This document shows positions 12,397-26,974 of a stretch of 64,000 nucleotides of DNA, one piece after another. The notes below the pieces were generated by a model, which did not search any database, was not told the DNA's origin, and was given only the letters and a program-made list of their open reading frames with translations. Source of the stretch: Eledone cirrhosa (lineage: Eukaryota); NCBI GenBank assembly GCA_964016885.1, contig OZ024743.1:15872001-15936000 (forward strand), given 5' to 3'. Both the position numbers and the translations under genes were made by a program. Positions within the stretch are counted from its first letter, which is position 1. Each line of letters begins with the position of its first letter.

Positions 12397-13354
12397 CACA
12401 CACATGCATATATGCTGCAAAAACAGTGGTCAATTAACTGCATCATTAGAGCATCAGTTAAACACCCTATGACAGTTGCATTCGCATAAAATAAAACACA
12501 CAGTTTGATTCCTCTCCTCTTCTTTCTGCTTGACTGCCATTGTCCTTCATGTAAGGATATTGAATAGCATCAGGCCTGGATATAAGAAGAGTGTTCTGTT
12601 AGGTGTCATAAACCACTTCTCATAAAAATAATATTTTCCTCCATAAAATATCAAAAGAAACAAAAGCAAGACTTTTCTAGCCAGACAAGTATAGTGGGCA
12701 TACATTGATTTATGTGTGATGACATATTCAACAGATGAAAATGGACAAGATACATATTACTGTCTTAAAAGCAAAATGGGTAACTCTGAAAATGGGATTG
12801 CAATATCTACAGCATTGATAGGAGGGCAATAAAGGGAAAAATGTGCAGATTTGTTAGATCATTGGATAGATTTCTTACAGGATTTATTCTGGCTCTCTAC
12901 ACTTTGAGTTAAAATCCAGGTTAACTTTGACACTCCTCCATTTGAGATTGATGAATAAATACCATTTCAAGGCAGCGGAGTGGTGAAATTTCTTGAGTAT
13001 CAGACATGATGAATTGACTGTTATGACACTGTTACTAAGCTGTATCAGTCATTGCCTTTTCCTTTGACAATATCATTAGCATAAGGAGGACTTGCATATT
13101 TTGGTAATTGTTGGTCAGCTTTCGAATCGTACACATGTCTGCACAAGGAGAACACTTTTTCCAGATGTAGATCTATGTTCTCAAAAGCCAAATAGCTGCC
13201 CTAGTAATGATTGAAATATACCTGATAACATATCTCTATTATGACTGATATGAGGCTAATAAGTAACATCAATGATAACAGGAGTAGAATAATATCTAAG
13301 AAAGATGAAGAAAAACAAATATTTCAACTTGAAAATATGTACAAAAATCATAAC

Positions 13355-13553
13355 TTCTAATTTAGGAACAAAGCCAGCAAATTTGAGGGAAGAGCAAAGT
13401 TGATTATATATTAGTATTTTATTCTTTTGACCCCAAAGAGATGAAAGGCGAAGTTGGTCTTGGCAGGATTTGAAGTTAAAATGTAAAGAGTTAAAACAAT
13501 AACCACAGTAGGATTTTATCCAATGTACTACTAATCCTGCTAATCCACCACCC
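13355..13553 (-). mobile_element. Older diverged SINE copy
   Basis: TTTGACCCCAAAGAGATGAAAGGCGAAGTT..GGATTTGAAGT..CTGCTAATCCACC resembles the family's reverse complement. Confidence 0.65.
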
Positions 13554-13565
13554 TCTATCTACAAT

Positions 13566-13753
13566 AATTGTTTCTACTTTTGGCACAAGGCCAGCAATTA
13601 TCCCAGTGCATTACTGGTACTTTATTTTATCGACCCCGTAAGGATGAAAAGCAAAGTCAACCTCGGCGGGATTTGAACTCAGATCGTAAAGGGACGTAAC
13701 TATGCTAGAAAGCATGGCGTCCGACCCTCTACCGATACTGCCAATCCACCGCC
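13566..13753 (-). mobile_element. tRNA-derived SINE with ~14-bp target-site duplication (TSD)
   Basis: Reverse complement of the 11596 SINE; CTATCTACAATAAT on both sides. Confidence 0.9.
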
Positions 13754-14663
13754 CTATCTACAATAATGTTATATAGAATCAAAAAGGCATTTTGGTTGAA
13801 AATATATAAAAAAGTGATATATTTTAGTTGCTGTTGCTATTGCTTTGCTCCTAGTTAGTCCCAATAGTGCAGATATATGATAAAAGAAATTCCAGCCATC
13901 GACATCTCGTCTACTCAAACTAGAAATTGCTATTTCTAACAGGTCAAGCGACCACATAAAAGATATATTTTAGTTTGAGGGAGGATGAACTCTTTTAAAG
14001 GATTTGGCCTATGAAATAACTAAAGTAACCCCATTAGTTTGTATAAGCTGCAAATTTAACAGAAGAAACATCTGTCATGTTTCACATGTTACATAATCAA
14101 TGAAGAATTAGTGGGGGCTCAAATTAGAATTGTAATAGCTATGACATGTAGCTAATTCTCATAGGCAACATAAAATGATGAAATTATCATGTGAAATATT
14201 CCTCTAAATGATGAATATTGAAAAGGGAAAAAGACCTTTGAATTTCAATTTGTGCTGCCTGTTTGATAGTAAGCAGCTTAAAGGAAATGAAATTGCATAG
14301 TCAGTTAATCATAACTTTAAGGAATGAAAGGTATCAACTGCTATGTAGGAAATAAGTCTGATTGGTATGGACAGTAGGTGAGAAAGGATGATGAAAATTA
14401 GATAAATATATGCTGCAGGTTGATAAGGGTTGTTATGCACATCAAAGGCAAACCAAATGAAAAGTGCAAATGAAGATAGTTAAGGATTGTTTCAGTGAGC
14501 CAAGAATGACAGAATGAGATGGAATTGTGGAAAGAGATAGGCAGTGAATAGAAGATAAAAGGAAAGCAAAACATGATAAAAACTGACATAAAATGATTAC
14601 TTTAAATTATATAAATTTCATATACTGAAATTCCTTTCATAATTGGAAAGATCAGAAGGTTTT

Positions 14664-16128
14664 TCATTGGTTAAAGATTAATATCCTACTCTTTTTGCTG
14701 CTGGGTTGTAAGTAGGTGGGACGGGTCTTATTCAGCACAGCATCTCTCCACTCGTCACGATCCTTCGTCATCTCCAACGTGAGCTTCAACGATCTGAGGT
14801 CTGTTCTCACCACCTCCGCCCATGTTTTTCGTGGTCTACCTCTACCATGTCTTCCTTCAACTGGCATTTCCTGGCAGTTCTTCACCCATCGCTCAACCTC
14901 CATGCACATTATATGTCCATACCACCTCAGTCTCCTCTCCCGTACACTACATTCTATCCTTCCAGACACAGTTTCTCTCTCAACACATTCATGCTACATT
15001 TACACTGCGCATCCAACGAAGCATGCTTGCCTCATTTCTCTCCAGCCGTCGCATATCCTCTGCAGTTGCTGCCCATGTCTCACTACCATGCAGCATCGCA
15101 CTCCTCACACAGGCATCATACAACTGGCCTTTCGTACGCAGGGAGAAACCCTTCTTCGTCAGCAGAGGAAGCAGCTCCCTAAACTTCTTCCAACACGTCC
15201 TTATTCTAGATACTATGGCCTCGGAATACCCTCCTCCCATGCTAATCTGATCTCCTAGGTACCGGAAGCTATCCACCACTTCTATAGCATCCGCCTGCAT
15301 TTGAAAAATGTGTCTATCAATGCGACTTCTACTGTCTAATTTCCCTGTACATCTACTGCATACATATTTCTCCCTACCTGTTAGTTTACCTGCTATCCCG
15401 CTACATCTCTTGTGTACCCAGGATCTGCATTGTGTGCATTTTATAGAATTTATGACAGTTCCTTTTCTGCATATCTAACATGGCCATTTCCCTGATGGAA
15501 TCAGAGTTTTGTTCTCTTTTCTACTCATCAACACTTTTGTCTTAGCTAGGTTCCCTCTCAGTCCTCTTGCTTCCAACTGCTGTTTCCATAGCCAGAATTT
15601 ATTCTCTAGCTCCTCTACTGATTCTGCTATAAGAACCAGATCGTCAGCATAGAGAAGTTCCCATGGACAGCCAGTCTTAAAGTCCTCTGTTATGGCTTGG
15701 AGGACTATAATGAAGAAGAGCGGGCTGAGGACCAATACTTGTATCTGGATTTCCTCACTAAACTCCATTCCTACCCTGACTTTACTGAGAGTACCTCTGT
15801 ACAAAGTTTGCACTGTCCTCACAAGCCATTCCTCAACACCTAGCTTCATTAGTGACCACCAGATGACAGATCTTGGTACCCTATCAAAGTCTTTCTCTAG
15901 GTCAACAAAGGCTAAGTATAGTGGCTTATTTTTCTCTAAGAACCTCTCTTTCAATTGTCTCACCAAGAAGAGGGCATCTGTTGTACTCTTCTCAGGCACA
16001 AAACCAAACTGCATCTCATCTAGTTTGACCCTTTCTCTAATTAGTTATGCTAATATCCTTTCTGCCACTTTCATAACCTGATCCATCAGTTTTATACCCC
16101 TATAATTGCTCCTCTCCAGAGCATCCAC
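14664..16128 (-). mobile_element. RTE-clade LINE, 5'-truncated and decayed (RT, Cys-rich insert, C-terminus)
   Basis: QFGFVPEKST, AFVDLEK, LLYADDLVL; C..C..WVHKRC motif; FRYLGD; MLHGSETW; RRLRWYGH..GRGRPRKTW. Confidence 0.9.
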
Positions 16129-16150
16129 TTATATATATATATATATATAT

Positions 16151-16298
16151 GAGGATTGAAAGCAAAATCTTTTGCTTTTAAGAAACCACTGGTAAATGGA
16201 ATAATTGCCTTATGTTGTTTATTACATAACTATTAATCTCTGTTACCTACATAGAGCACTTTTTTTTCCTGGACTTTTCCGACGGAATTACTTCATTT

Positions 16299-16300
<2 letters not shown>
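16151..16300 (+). mobile_element. Solo 3' fragment of the PLE pLTR with a 5'-truncated HHR
   Basis: Matches ~9489-9640; follows (TA)n; 5' side of the HHR core is lost. Confidence 0.8.
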
Positions 16301-16339
<39 letters not shown>

Positions 16340-18591
16340 CCATATCATCATCACCGTTTTACGTCCATTTTTCCATGCTAGCATGTATGAATCTGTGTAT
16401 ATATATATATGGCCAACCACGGAATTAAAACATGAGGTAAACCAAACTTCATCCAATTAAAACATGTGGTCAAATCTGACCACACACAATTAAGCTTCAT
16501 GAAGGTTCATAACATAGGATAATACCCCAGATGACCCACCTTCTCATGCATAGAGAATGCAACAAATGTGGAGAGGGTGGTACTGAAGAAGTGTTGAAAT
16601 GGCACTACGCGTAGGTCTCCACCTGCACATTTGCACCAATTTCTATCTTACGCTTTGTTTCCTCTTAAGACTCCCTATTTCCACCTCCCTCACTCTCTTA
16701 AGTACCCATCCTTAGTCCTCTCCCACTGACTTCTTCTATCTCAACCTTGTTCATCCAACTCTTTCCAGCATGGAAAATCATCCCTCATCATATCCCTTTT
16801 ACCCCAGCCCAACGCATACCAATGCAGAAAAATGAATGGCACACCCTTCCACATCCAACCCATGTCAAAATGGAAAGCCAGGCATTTTTCACCTCATACC
16901 ACAATAAAATGCTTGGATGCGGTTGGGAAGGGCATTTAGTTGTGGAAGCCATGCTTAAACAGAACATATGAACATGATTACCATGCCTAACCTAACTTCA
17001 GAGTGTGAGAGCCCATCTGGCCCAAGATGGCATGAAATATAAATGTTTAATGATGATGACCCTCCCTCTTCCTCCTGCCAAATCTCTAAGACATCATTCC
17101 TCTCCAACCCATGCATGGATGGAAAGCTGGGAATATTTCTTTCACAATATAGTGTCTGGTGCAACTCACTCTCTTCAATGTCATCTCTCTGATATGCCAT
17201 TTGCACTCCCACTGTGGGATTTTTGTCCTTTTTATCAGCCACCATGTACCCTCTCCAGCTGGCCCAAGGACACAATTATCATAATGGGGTATTACTGGTG
17301 ACAGGTTAATAAACATCAGCCGACACTGTAAATTGTTATTCCTGACACTACAACTAAATGCACACAGTTCACTATGTAACGTCTTACTGTTTGTGCCATG
17401 TAAAAGCTCCTATTGCATGTTGTAAAGGGATTGACATTAGGAAGGACATTTAACTATACAAAACCAAGTCAAAATAAGAGCATATCAGCAAATTGTAGTC
17501 TTCAAATCAGTCAAGCATCATAATATGTAATCCCATCTAACCTAGTCTAGCATGGACAATAGACATAAAACATTGGTGCAGATGTATATATGTATGTGTG
17601 TGTATATATGTGTCTGCTTATGTGTATGTGTGCATGCATGTGTGTGTTTGTGTTTGACTGTGTGATGAATGCAACACATTCTTATCAGTCTAATCTGAGA
17701 CAAAATACTATAAAGGTGATAATAGTAGGTAAGGATATTTACAGCTTTCACATTAGTCTGCATGATCAATAATTCAGAAAATTCACAAAAATTCATATAG
17801 CCATCTTTTATGTCTTCTAAAGTTGCTAAAGTTCCATGATGTAATATTAAATTTCGATACACACTCTCAGGTCAAGTCAGTTGCTAAAACATGTACAAGT
17901 CCGATGATTTTATTTAAATATATATACTTTAGAATAAAAACGTCTGTATTATAGAAACAGTGGTAGGCTTACAGGGCAGAGTTTAGTCGCAAAAAGATTA
18001 ATACATGCATATTAATTGAAATGAATTACACATAACATTTAAGTTACTTGTAAAATATTCCCAGCTAGTAAGCATAAAAATAAACATGATTAAAAAACAT
18101 TTATTTGCTCCAATTATTATACTTGGATAAATGGAATGTTGTACTTGGATAAACAAAATGTTCTTTATTGGAGCAACTGCTTCTGTAACCGGATTTGTTT
18201 ATACTGCTATATGCACAACCACATTGTGAGGGATTGAATCTTTTATTTTTTAATACATTAGTCACAGGAAGAGAGTAGTGCTAGTACCATTCATATGTAT
18301 TTCCAGACAAAACATATTTTATATCAACTGAAATAATTGACATAAGAAGTTATATGTGACTTGTTCAGAGGTATAATAGAAAGGTTGTTTTTATAATGTT
18401 TGAATGTACACTCAAATAGTCATTACTTCAAAAACTTAAACTCACTGCTAGTGTGCCTCTTCCGATATATTAATGATATAGAATTGCATTCAATTAAATT
18501 ATTCTTTTTTAATAATTAACATGGAATGAAGTAAATAAAGCTTAATTATGTTCTTATCCTCAAGCATTATAAACTATTATCAACTATATAG

Positions 18592-18710
18592 TCTGAGTTC
18601 AAATCCCGCCAGGGTTAACTTTGCCTTTCATCCTTACGGGGTCGATAAATAAAGTACTAGTAATGCACTGGGATAATTGCTGGCCCTGTGCCAAAACTAG
18701 AAATAATTAT
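18592..18710 (+). mobile_element. 5'-truncated SINE with TSD
   Basis: Runs from the B box to the tail; ATTATCAACTAT on both sides. Confidence 0.85.
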
Positions 18711-20879
18711 CAACTATTATTTCATATTGAAATGACATTTGTCCATGATTCTGAGCCTGAGTGTGACTAACACTTTTATGATTTTGTCTTTCTTCTTTAA
18801 ATATATTCCAGTTTCACCAATAGGACTATAGCTAGGCATTAGAGCCACCATAATAGGTTTGATTAAATATATTGACTCCAATTCTTTTGAATGATACTTG
18901 CATTATTAAACTTGTATTAATAGAAACCATATGTGGCCATTCAAGATGCTTGAAAAGCTGTCAAATATCACTTGAATTCCAAAACTGACACAAAAGTGCT
19001 AGGTTCAGTTGTTAAACAAGGCGATAACTTGGTCAGCATCAATCTAAGAAAGAAATATAATCTTGATATAAGATTGTTGCTCAAATTTGAATTTCTCTTA
19101 TGTATAAGTATATCTAATGTGGATGGAAAGTCTATGCCTTAATAACACCTATTGTATTCTAAAGTGTTGCTGTAACAAACATTGACAACATGTGTATTAA
19201 TTATAGAAAGCATTGCATCTATTCAATTATATCAAATAGTAAAATATTAGAAATAATTTTTAGATATGAAAGAACATTGTACAATCTATATCACTACAGC
19301 ACATTTCAAATACAAATTATTACTAATTCATACCTCTTTAAATTACTTACATTATGTAAATATTTTACTATTTATTGCCCTCAAACAGGAAATAAATAAG
19401 AGACAATGTACAATTGCTCCCTTAAGATACACATTTGCTTGCTAATAATTACTTATAATTATTTTTCAACTAAAAATTAACACAGTTTAAATGATAACTT
19501 GCTTTAAGCTATTTTTACATTTGAGAAACAATATTTTGCCCTAGGACTAAATTAATTGAAGGAAACATGTTTAATCAATTCCATCTAAATTATTCTTAAA
19601 ATAATCTTTGCAATCAACAAAATGGAAAGAAAAACACCGTTGTGATAACTAATTTTTGTTTATTTCACACACACACACACATGCATACATACACACAGAC
19701 AATGAAAAAAATAACTGAAATTCTCAAGATTCTGATACAATTTCACTTTCTACAAACAATTTTCCTTCCCTCTGCCCAATGGCTAATTCAAAAACGTCAA
19801 ATATGCAGCTAATCTACTGTTGAAATGTGGTGGTAGTGGTAAAGGTAAACAGTTGTTCGGAATAAGAATAATGGCATGAAAAACAAAAGCTTCTGATAAA
19901 GTATAACATTCAATACAATGTTTTTTAATATTGCAGCTAGAATATATCACTAGAATCTGTAGGATATTTATAACATATCATCCCATATTCAGAGTGCTGT
20001 ACAAAATCTTTGTATTATGTTTCAACTCAATATTCTCACTCCACACCCTACTGGAGTTTGTTTTGCTTTTCATTGTTCCAGTGTTGAGAAAATAAGGTGG
20101 AGAACTGGCAGAGTTGTTTAAGAATTAGATAAAATGCTTTGTAATTATTTTGGATCTTTTCATCCTAAGTTTGCCTGGTATCAAGCTATATTTCCTTTGG
20201 GAGAATAAGAATAATAAGAAGAGGAGAGACTTGCTGCATGGTAAAATATCGGTCTTTTATAAAACCATTTCTATATCTGCACATTGAAGAGGAGCTGGCC
20301 TCATGTTGATGCCTGGTCACTGCTGACCTACAGATGCCTTATGATAATGGAATAACATAGCCTTGTAAATTGGCCTCCTGGTGATTTGATCAACAGTTAC
20401 ATTACTGTTGATAGTACTAGAGAATTTGTCAAAATTATCCTTCTTAATGTGCAAAATAAAAAATTTATAGTTGAGATAATATGCATCATCAGTGATGTGA
20501 CATACACATTTACCTAGGCAGCCCAAACTTTGTTGATCAAGTTCCAGTTTGTGTTTCAGCAGCAATTGCTGAAGGCTTCCTTTAGAGTTTTCCTCTTGGA
20601 TTGAATAGCTTCCCTCTTTGTTGCTTCTATCAATACTAAATATATTTCTATAAAATCTATTTCAGTGGATATCTTCTCTGACTTGCATACCTTTCTTCCC
20701 TATTGATACGATGTGGTTCTTGCATTCACTTTCTTCCTTTATGTTTTCTGTCTTTTACTCACATTTTTCCTGTCACAGTCTCTTGTACTCTCTCACACTG
20801 CCTTCTCTCGCAATCTCTCTCTCTCTCTCTCTCAATATGTATATATATATATAGGTGCGTGTGTTTCTGTAGGAAAGGT

Positions 20880-21049
20880 GAAGGAAAAGAGAGTGCTCTA
20901 TGTAGGCTACAGAGCTTTTTAGTTATTTAATAAACAACATAAGATAATTATTTCATTTACCAAAGGTTTCATGAAGTCAGACGTCTGTGTCAGACTCGTC
21001 TGTCTTCGTGAAACCTTTGGTAATTATCTTATGTTGTTTATTACATAAC
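20880..21049. mobile_element. Fold-back of two PLE pLTR 3' ends centred on an HHR stem II
   Basis: TAAACAACATAAGATAAT..TACCAAAGGTTTC / GAAACCTTTGGTA..ATTATCTTATGTTGTTTA; related to 9520-9610. Confidence 0.7.
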
Positions 21050-21174
21050 TGTATATATATATGGGTGTGTGTGTGTATGTAAAAGGTAAACTGAAATAAC
21101 AAAAATAATAAAACAAATGGCACAGTAAATGGAAGAAATATATTATTTTAATGCTTGAAATAGTAGGAAGAGAG

Positions 21175-21210
21175 TCTTGCCGTTTCAGACACAATCTTTC
21201 ATCAGAAAAT
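21175..21210 (-). ncRNA. Decayed hammerhead motif
   Basis: tttt-CTGATGA-a-aga ttgtg tct-GAAACG-GC-aaga (GTC changed to GGC). Confidence 0.45.
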
Positions 21211-22044
21211 AGAGTAAGAAATAGAAGATAAATAGAAAGTAAAGAGTGATATAAGGAAGGAATGGAGAAAAAAAAGAAAAATCGGAAAAAAAAAACACAC
21301 ATGTGTATTGAGTCCGCCATCTAAGTATATGTGCATGTGTGCATATTTGTATGTATGTAAGTATGCAAGTGTATGTCAGTGCTGCTGCCACAAATACATA
21401 TATTCTAGATTAGCAGTCTCCAATATTTCGGACCTCATGGACCACTAAATTCATAATTTTAAATCCTGCAGACCACTAGTATGAATTTTTTTTAAACGAT
21501 AAATAAATTTGTAAAATAATGAACAGAGAACTTGCATTTTATTAAACAATACTGAAGCGTACGTGTGTCATATTGTCGATAGATGATACATATGTGTAAA
21601 ATTCTTTCATGGATGTTAGTTATTTCCTGAGAAGAAACATTTTTTAGGATGGTTATAAAATATATTTTAACCAAATATTATTTTTCTTTTATTATTAATA
21701 AAACATAAAAATTGCAAATAATGTCCAAATTTTTCTGAGAACCACGAAAATTATCTCCACAGCCCACCGGTTGGTGATCAATCTTTCAGCTATTAACATG
21801 CTACAATCATTAGCCCTCAAATACATAGTTTACCTTCTTTTCTCCCTCCATCCCTTTCACAATTGTTTATGCTTTTCTGAACTTGCATACCTTATTTCCC
21901 ACTCCCAGCTACCACTTATTTTTCCCCATATCTTCTTCCATTATGATCATTGTGTCTTCATGTCAAATTATTGCACAAAATAATTCCCAATCCTTCGTCC
22001 TGAAATGTTGCAACTATCTGAATATCCTTAATTCAGCCCTTTGC

Positions 22045-22092
22045 TTTCAACAAATAGCATAAGGTGGATGTACCTTATGCTATTTGTTGAAA
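22045..22092. repeat. Perfect 21-bp inverted repeat with a 6-nt loop
   Basis: TTTCAACAAATAGCATAAGGT-ggatgt-ACCTTATGCTATTTGTTGAAA. Confidence 0.9.
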
Positions 22093-22216
22093 CGCAATAA
22101 GGGATAAATTAAATTTTGTACTAATTTTGCAATGATCATACCATAATAACAAAATCTTAAATAGTCTACTGATTTGAATGTCAATATATAAATACACCCT
22201 CTCTCACACACACACA

Positions 22217-22257
<41 letters not shown>

Positions 22258-22343
22258 AGTGTAACTTGGAGTTACTGCAGGTTCACCTGGGTGAGCACTC
22301 GATGTTTAGGTTCACTTCTGTGTTGAGGTGTATACAGAGTGTA

Positions 22344-22697
22344 ATATATTGAAAGGATAACAAGGACGATTGGTTCTTACTTCATTACATTTATTGGTAG
22401 GTGACATGCGTTTCGCCACTGATCAGCTCAAGGTTCGATCTGTATTGATCTTATCCGACTCAATAATCGGCAGCTCGACAGACCCTTTAAAATGGTATAA
22501 GAAAATGAATATGAATATCACATAGCATGTATTCATTTTCTTATACCATTTTAAAGTGTCCGTCGAGCTGCCGATTATTGCATTGGGTAAGATCGATACA
22601 GATCGAACCTTGAGCTGATCAGTGGCGAAACGCACACCACCTACCAATAAATGTAATGAAGGAGTAACCAATCGTCCTTGTTATCCTTTCAATATAT
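22344..22697. mobile_element. ~350-bp palindromic element; each arm carries an HHR-like motif and AATAAA facing outward
   Basis: ~165-bp inverted arms. Minus 22399-22485 reads gggt-CTGTCGA-gctgccgatt..gatcagtggc-GAAA-CGCATG-TC-acct; the plus copy at 22556-22642 is more decayed. Confidence 0.75.
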
Positions 22698-25050
22698 ATA
22701 TGTGTTCACAACCCATTAAACAGATACTTGGTAGGGAATAATGACATGTCTTTCAATTTCTAGACAAGTGTTATTAATTTGGAAAATCTTATAAAAAGTA
22801 GAATTTGTATGGTTGTTAGAAAATATTTTAGAGCTAAGTTGTTTAAGATAAACAATAGAGTTATGTATTAGCTTAATATGATACTAGAAACAGTACAAAT
22901 CATGACTTTTGATCTGTAAATTTAATTTTTTTTCTTCTATATTAATTTTGATAAGTAATTAACTGAAGAAAAGTTAAATTATTCATAGTTGAATCATTAC
23001 CAGACAATATCCCAGCTCCAATATTCATTCAATTATAAAACCAGAAATCTCAAATTAACTCTTCAGTGGAAAATGAAGTGAAAGCTGTGCCACTTCTAAA
23101 TTATCGTTGTATGAAAGTTGGAAATTCCATGTGACTATTGAAATATATTTTTACATTGCAAAAAGAAATAAATATAAAACGAATTACGGATGCTAAATGT
23201 TCAGCATTAGAGGGGTGGTGGGTAATACTGAAATATTTCATGTAAAATTAGATATTTCTCTATCAGGAACCTTATATTTCATGCATGTAAGAAATTCAAC
23301 ATGAAAGCTGAAGGTTGATCATGTATCAATTAGATACTATTCTTCAATATAATAATTTTGACACTGATCAAAAGACACGTATGTGAAGCAATATTATAGA
23401 AATTTAATTCATAAAAATGACTTGGCATTAGAATGCATTAGCTGTGTTCAAGTGAAAAAGCTATTTCAGTTGTATTGGTGAATATAGAAGGCAGGTTGAC
23501 CAGGTACTCAGAGATGGCAAAATAATGAAAAGGAAAGAAATAGGTCAAAGAAGTATTAGAAAGATGCCATTAGATAAAGTCTTAGAAAAATGACATAGGA
23601 CAGTGAATCATGCAGTAAAATGTACTTGTCAGCAGATTTTCCTGAACAATATCCACAAGGAAAAATAGAAAAGAAAAGATAAATCACTTATTCAAAGGAT
23701 CATGCACATTACTTGAGATCAAACTACCTGTATTTCATTCTTACAAATTTATATCTTCCCTATGTCAAGAAACTAGACTTATAATCCCAAATAACCAGAA
23801 CATTATACTGAAATTGCATTTCTCTACTTTGTTGTTGTTTAACCATTTATTATCCATAATGCATCAGAGTATTTTGAAGATTTCTCTTTCAAGACCATCA
23901 TGTCTTTTTGTATATATACAATGTTAAATGGATATCTTTCATTTTTTAAGAAGCTAGATGATATGTGTGAGACATTTGCCTACTAAACAGTACAGCATCT
24001 TGATATAACTATTAACATCAAGAGTTTAAATCTAATCATGTTCCCAGATTTATTTAGCATAGAAAGAAGAAAAAGAAAAGTATGACAAAAGTTACTTTTT
24101 ACTCCATATACTAAACTTCAAAACTTACAGCTTCACACAAGGGAAAACAATGTCTTTTTATTTAACTTAATATTCCAGTCAAGTTTATAATTATAACTTT
24201 CTTTCGTTATTTGAGAAGCATAATATTACTGTTTAGTAAACATCTCATATTCACAATAACATTCATCACTTTATACATTCAAAATGTAATGTTTTTAATG
24301 ATGTACCTGAAAACGTGCTCATGGGCTTCCAAAGGATGAAATATATATTTCACTGTAAGAAACGTACTGAAAAAAAAGATGGAATTCTCATGAACAGCAA
24401 ATTATCAATTCATAAAGTTATAAGAATATATAACCTCAAGTTCATCGAGCTTATAGGTTTTGTGCATATGTTTGATTCAGCTATATGACTGGTAACATCA
24501 CTTTTTATAAGCAAATCAAATGCCAAATAGAAGCACATGTCAATGACTTCCTGTAGAATTACTCATGTATATATATATATATATATATATACTATGAAGC
24601 ATTGTGAGATATGTATTAAAAGGCCGATAGTTTTATGTTTAAATTAAGTATAATGCGACAGAAAAATATGAAGGGCAAATGATGACAAATGAAATAAAAC
24701 AAATCAAATTGATGTTTTACCCAACACATTTTGCAACATATTTCACTCTTTTCAGTTGCAAAGAAAAAGTAAATGGATGATCAGAGTTTTCAGAGTTTTT
24801 ACCCTAACTGCTCATGAAAATAATGTGCAAATGGTTGAACTTTTCTGGACACATTCATACTTAATGTAATCGAACTCATAAACTTACAATCGAGAGAGAA
24901 AGAGCTGTGATATGATCTCAACCTAACATACTCCAAGCAAAATACTATATGTTAATCATACATAAACAAATTGTATATGGTTCCATTTATGCCTCTACAA
25001 TATGTATACAGTATGTGTATATATATATATATACTTATCTATGTTTATAT

Positions 25051-25124
<74 letters not shown>

Positions 25125-26974
25125 TATCAGTGATAGCAGATACAATGATGATGACGATAATACATTAATTAAATAGGTATTCATTATTATCTAATTGAAT
25201 ATAGTTTTGCTAAGAGCTATATACATGCAACTTCATATAACTTCTAAAAAACTACCATGCTGTGAAATGATACATATCAACATTACCTTAGTGTCTAATA
25301 TAATAATCTCTAGATGTTATCTCCGTTTTACCTGAAATATTAACTCTTTATATGACCACTACTTCACATGCCCCACCAGCCCATTATCGACTGACCCTAG
25401 CCTAATTAATTCAACAATAGCAACTATAAATGCAGTCACAATCCTTATATAATTTTCGTGCAAGAAAGAAGACTGTTTTGGTAGAGATATACAATATATA
25501 TGAATAATGACAGTTGGGGAAAGAAGTGAAAGAAAGTCACAGGAATAGATCAATGAAGATGCGGGCAGAGCTCGTAAAAGCTGAGTGAATGGTGCTGAAT
25601 CTGACAAAGGAGACCTTAAAGGATTGCAACAAATGGTAATATGTTGTTTTGGACAGGATCCAGCTAACCTGATATAAAATGATGATGATTATATTTCTGA
25701 GGAGAATATCGACTGACATATATTCAAAACAAAAATACTTCAGCTAAATGCAAATATCAAATAAAGGAAATAGCTTTAATTTCCTCTTATTGAGAATTTT
25801 AATGATCTAATTAATCTTAAGTATAAAGTAGCCTATAAACTATATATATATATATATATCATCATCATCATATTCGTTTAGTATCCATCTTTCCATGCTA
25901 GCAAGGGTTAGACGAGTTGTCCCACTGTGAGACATGTTAATTCAGATGATGGTACCTTGCTCATACAGAACTGTTTCTGGCGTGAATTCTACAACTGGAT
26001 GTTCTTTCTAACAAGAATCACATATTCAGTGTGGACTTTTGCTGTGGCACCTACTCAACCACTTAACATTGTGGACTGGGCGATTTCTGTTGTGACACCC
26101 ACATGACTGATTTGCAGATTGGAATTTTTGCTTTTTGTCAGGAAATGACCACTTTACCACGTGGACTGGAGTGGGGATAGTATGTAAGGATTGGAGAGGT
26201 AGATCTAGGGCGGGACACTTCTCGGTTGAATGATGGAGGTGTCAGGACATGGATGAAGGGTGAGGTGTTAGGACATGGATGGAGTGTTAGGACATGAGAG
26301 GTGTATGGAAGGTAGTGCATACAAAATGTGTTTCAATGTGTGGGAAGGCAGGTGTTCTGATTACTGCATAATGTCAGATCTCTTGTCATGGTCTTTGAGA
26401 GGCACAATTTTGCAAGGTCATCTGTTAATGGTTCATCCCATGCCTTTCTAGGTTTTCCTGCCCATAACCTTCATCAACTGAAGGCTTTCAAATGTTAATT
26501 TGTAAACATACTGTATATCAGTAGATATATAAAATATACATACCTATATGTATACAGCTATGTTGGAGTGAGCAACTTAATTCTATTTCTCATTCAGGCT
26601 GAGCCGGCCTACAGCTTCATATGCAAATGAGAGTTATCAACCCATGTAGATAGGCATCAAATTTATGTTTTGATCATCACTCAGAAACAATCGTAGGTAA
26701 TTTCCCCATCAACTCTGCTTCCGCTGGAACTCACTAGATGGAACTTTGCTATCCGCTTCCAAAATTCATAGCTAAAGGCTTTCAAATGTTTATTCGTAAA
26801 CATACCATATATCATTATATATACAAAATACACTTACTTATATGTATACAGCTATGTTGGAGCAAACACCTTAATTATATATATGTATATATGCATATAT
26901 ATATATATGCCTGTGTGTGTGTGTGTAATACATATTTAAAAACTAGGCAATAATATACAATACATCTCAATAAA

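Noticed and set aside
20230-20640. 82-aa minus-strand ORF as a host exon
   Set aside because: No recognisable motif or convincing splice context; more likely a decayed LINE remnant
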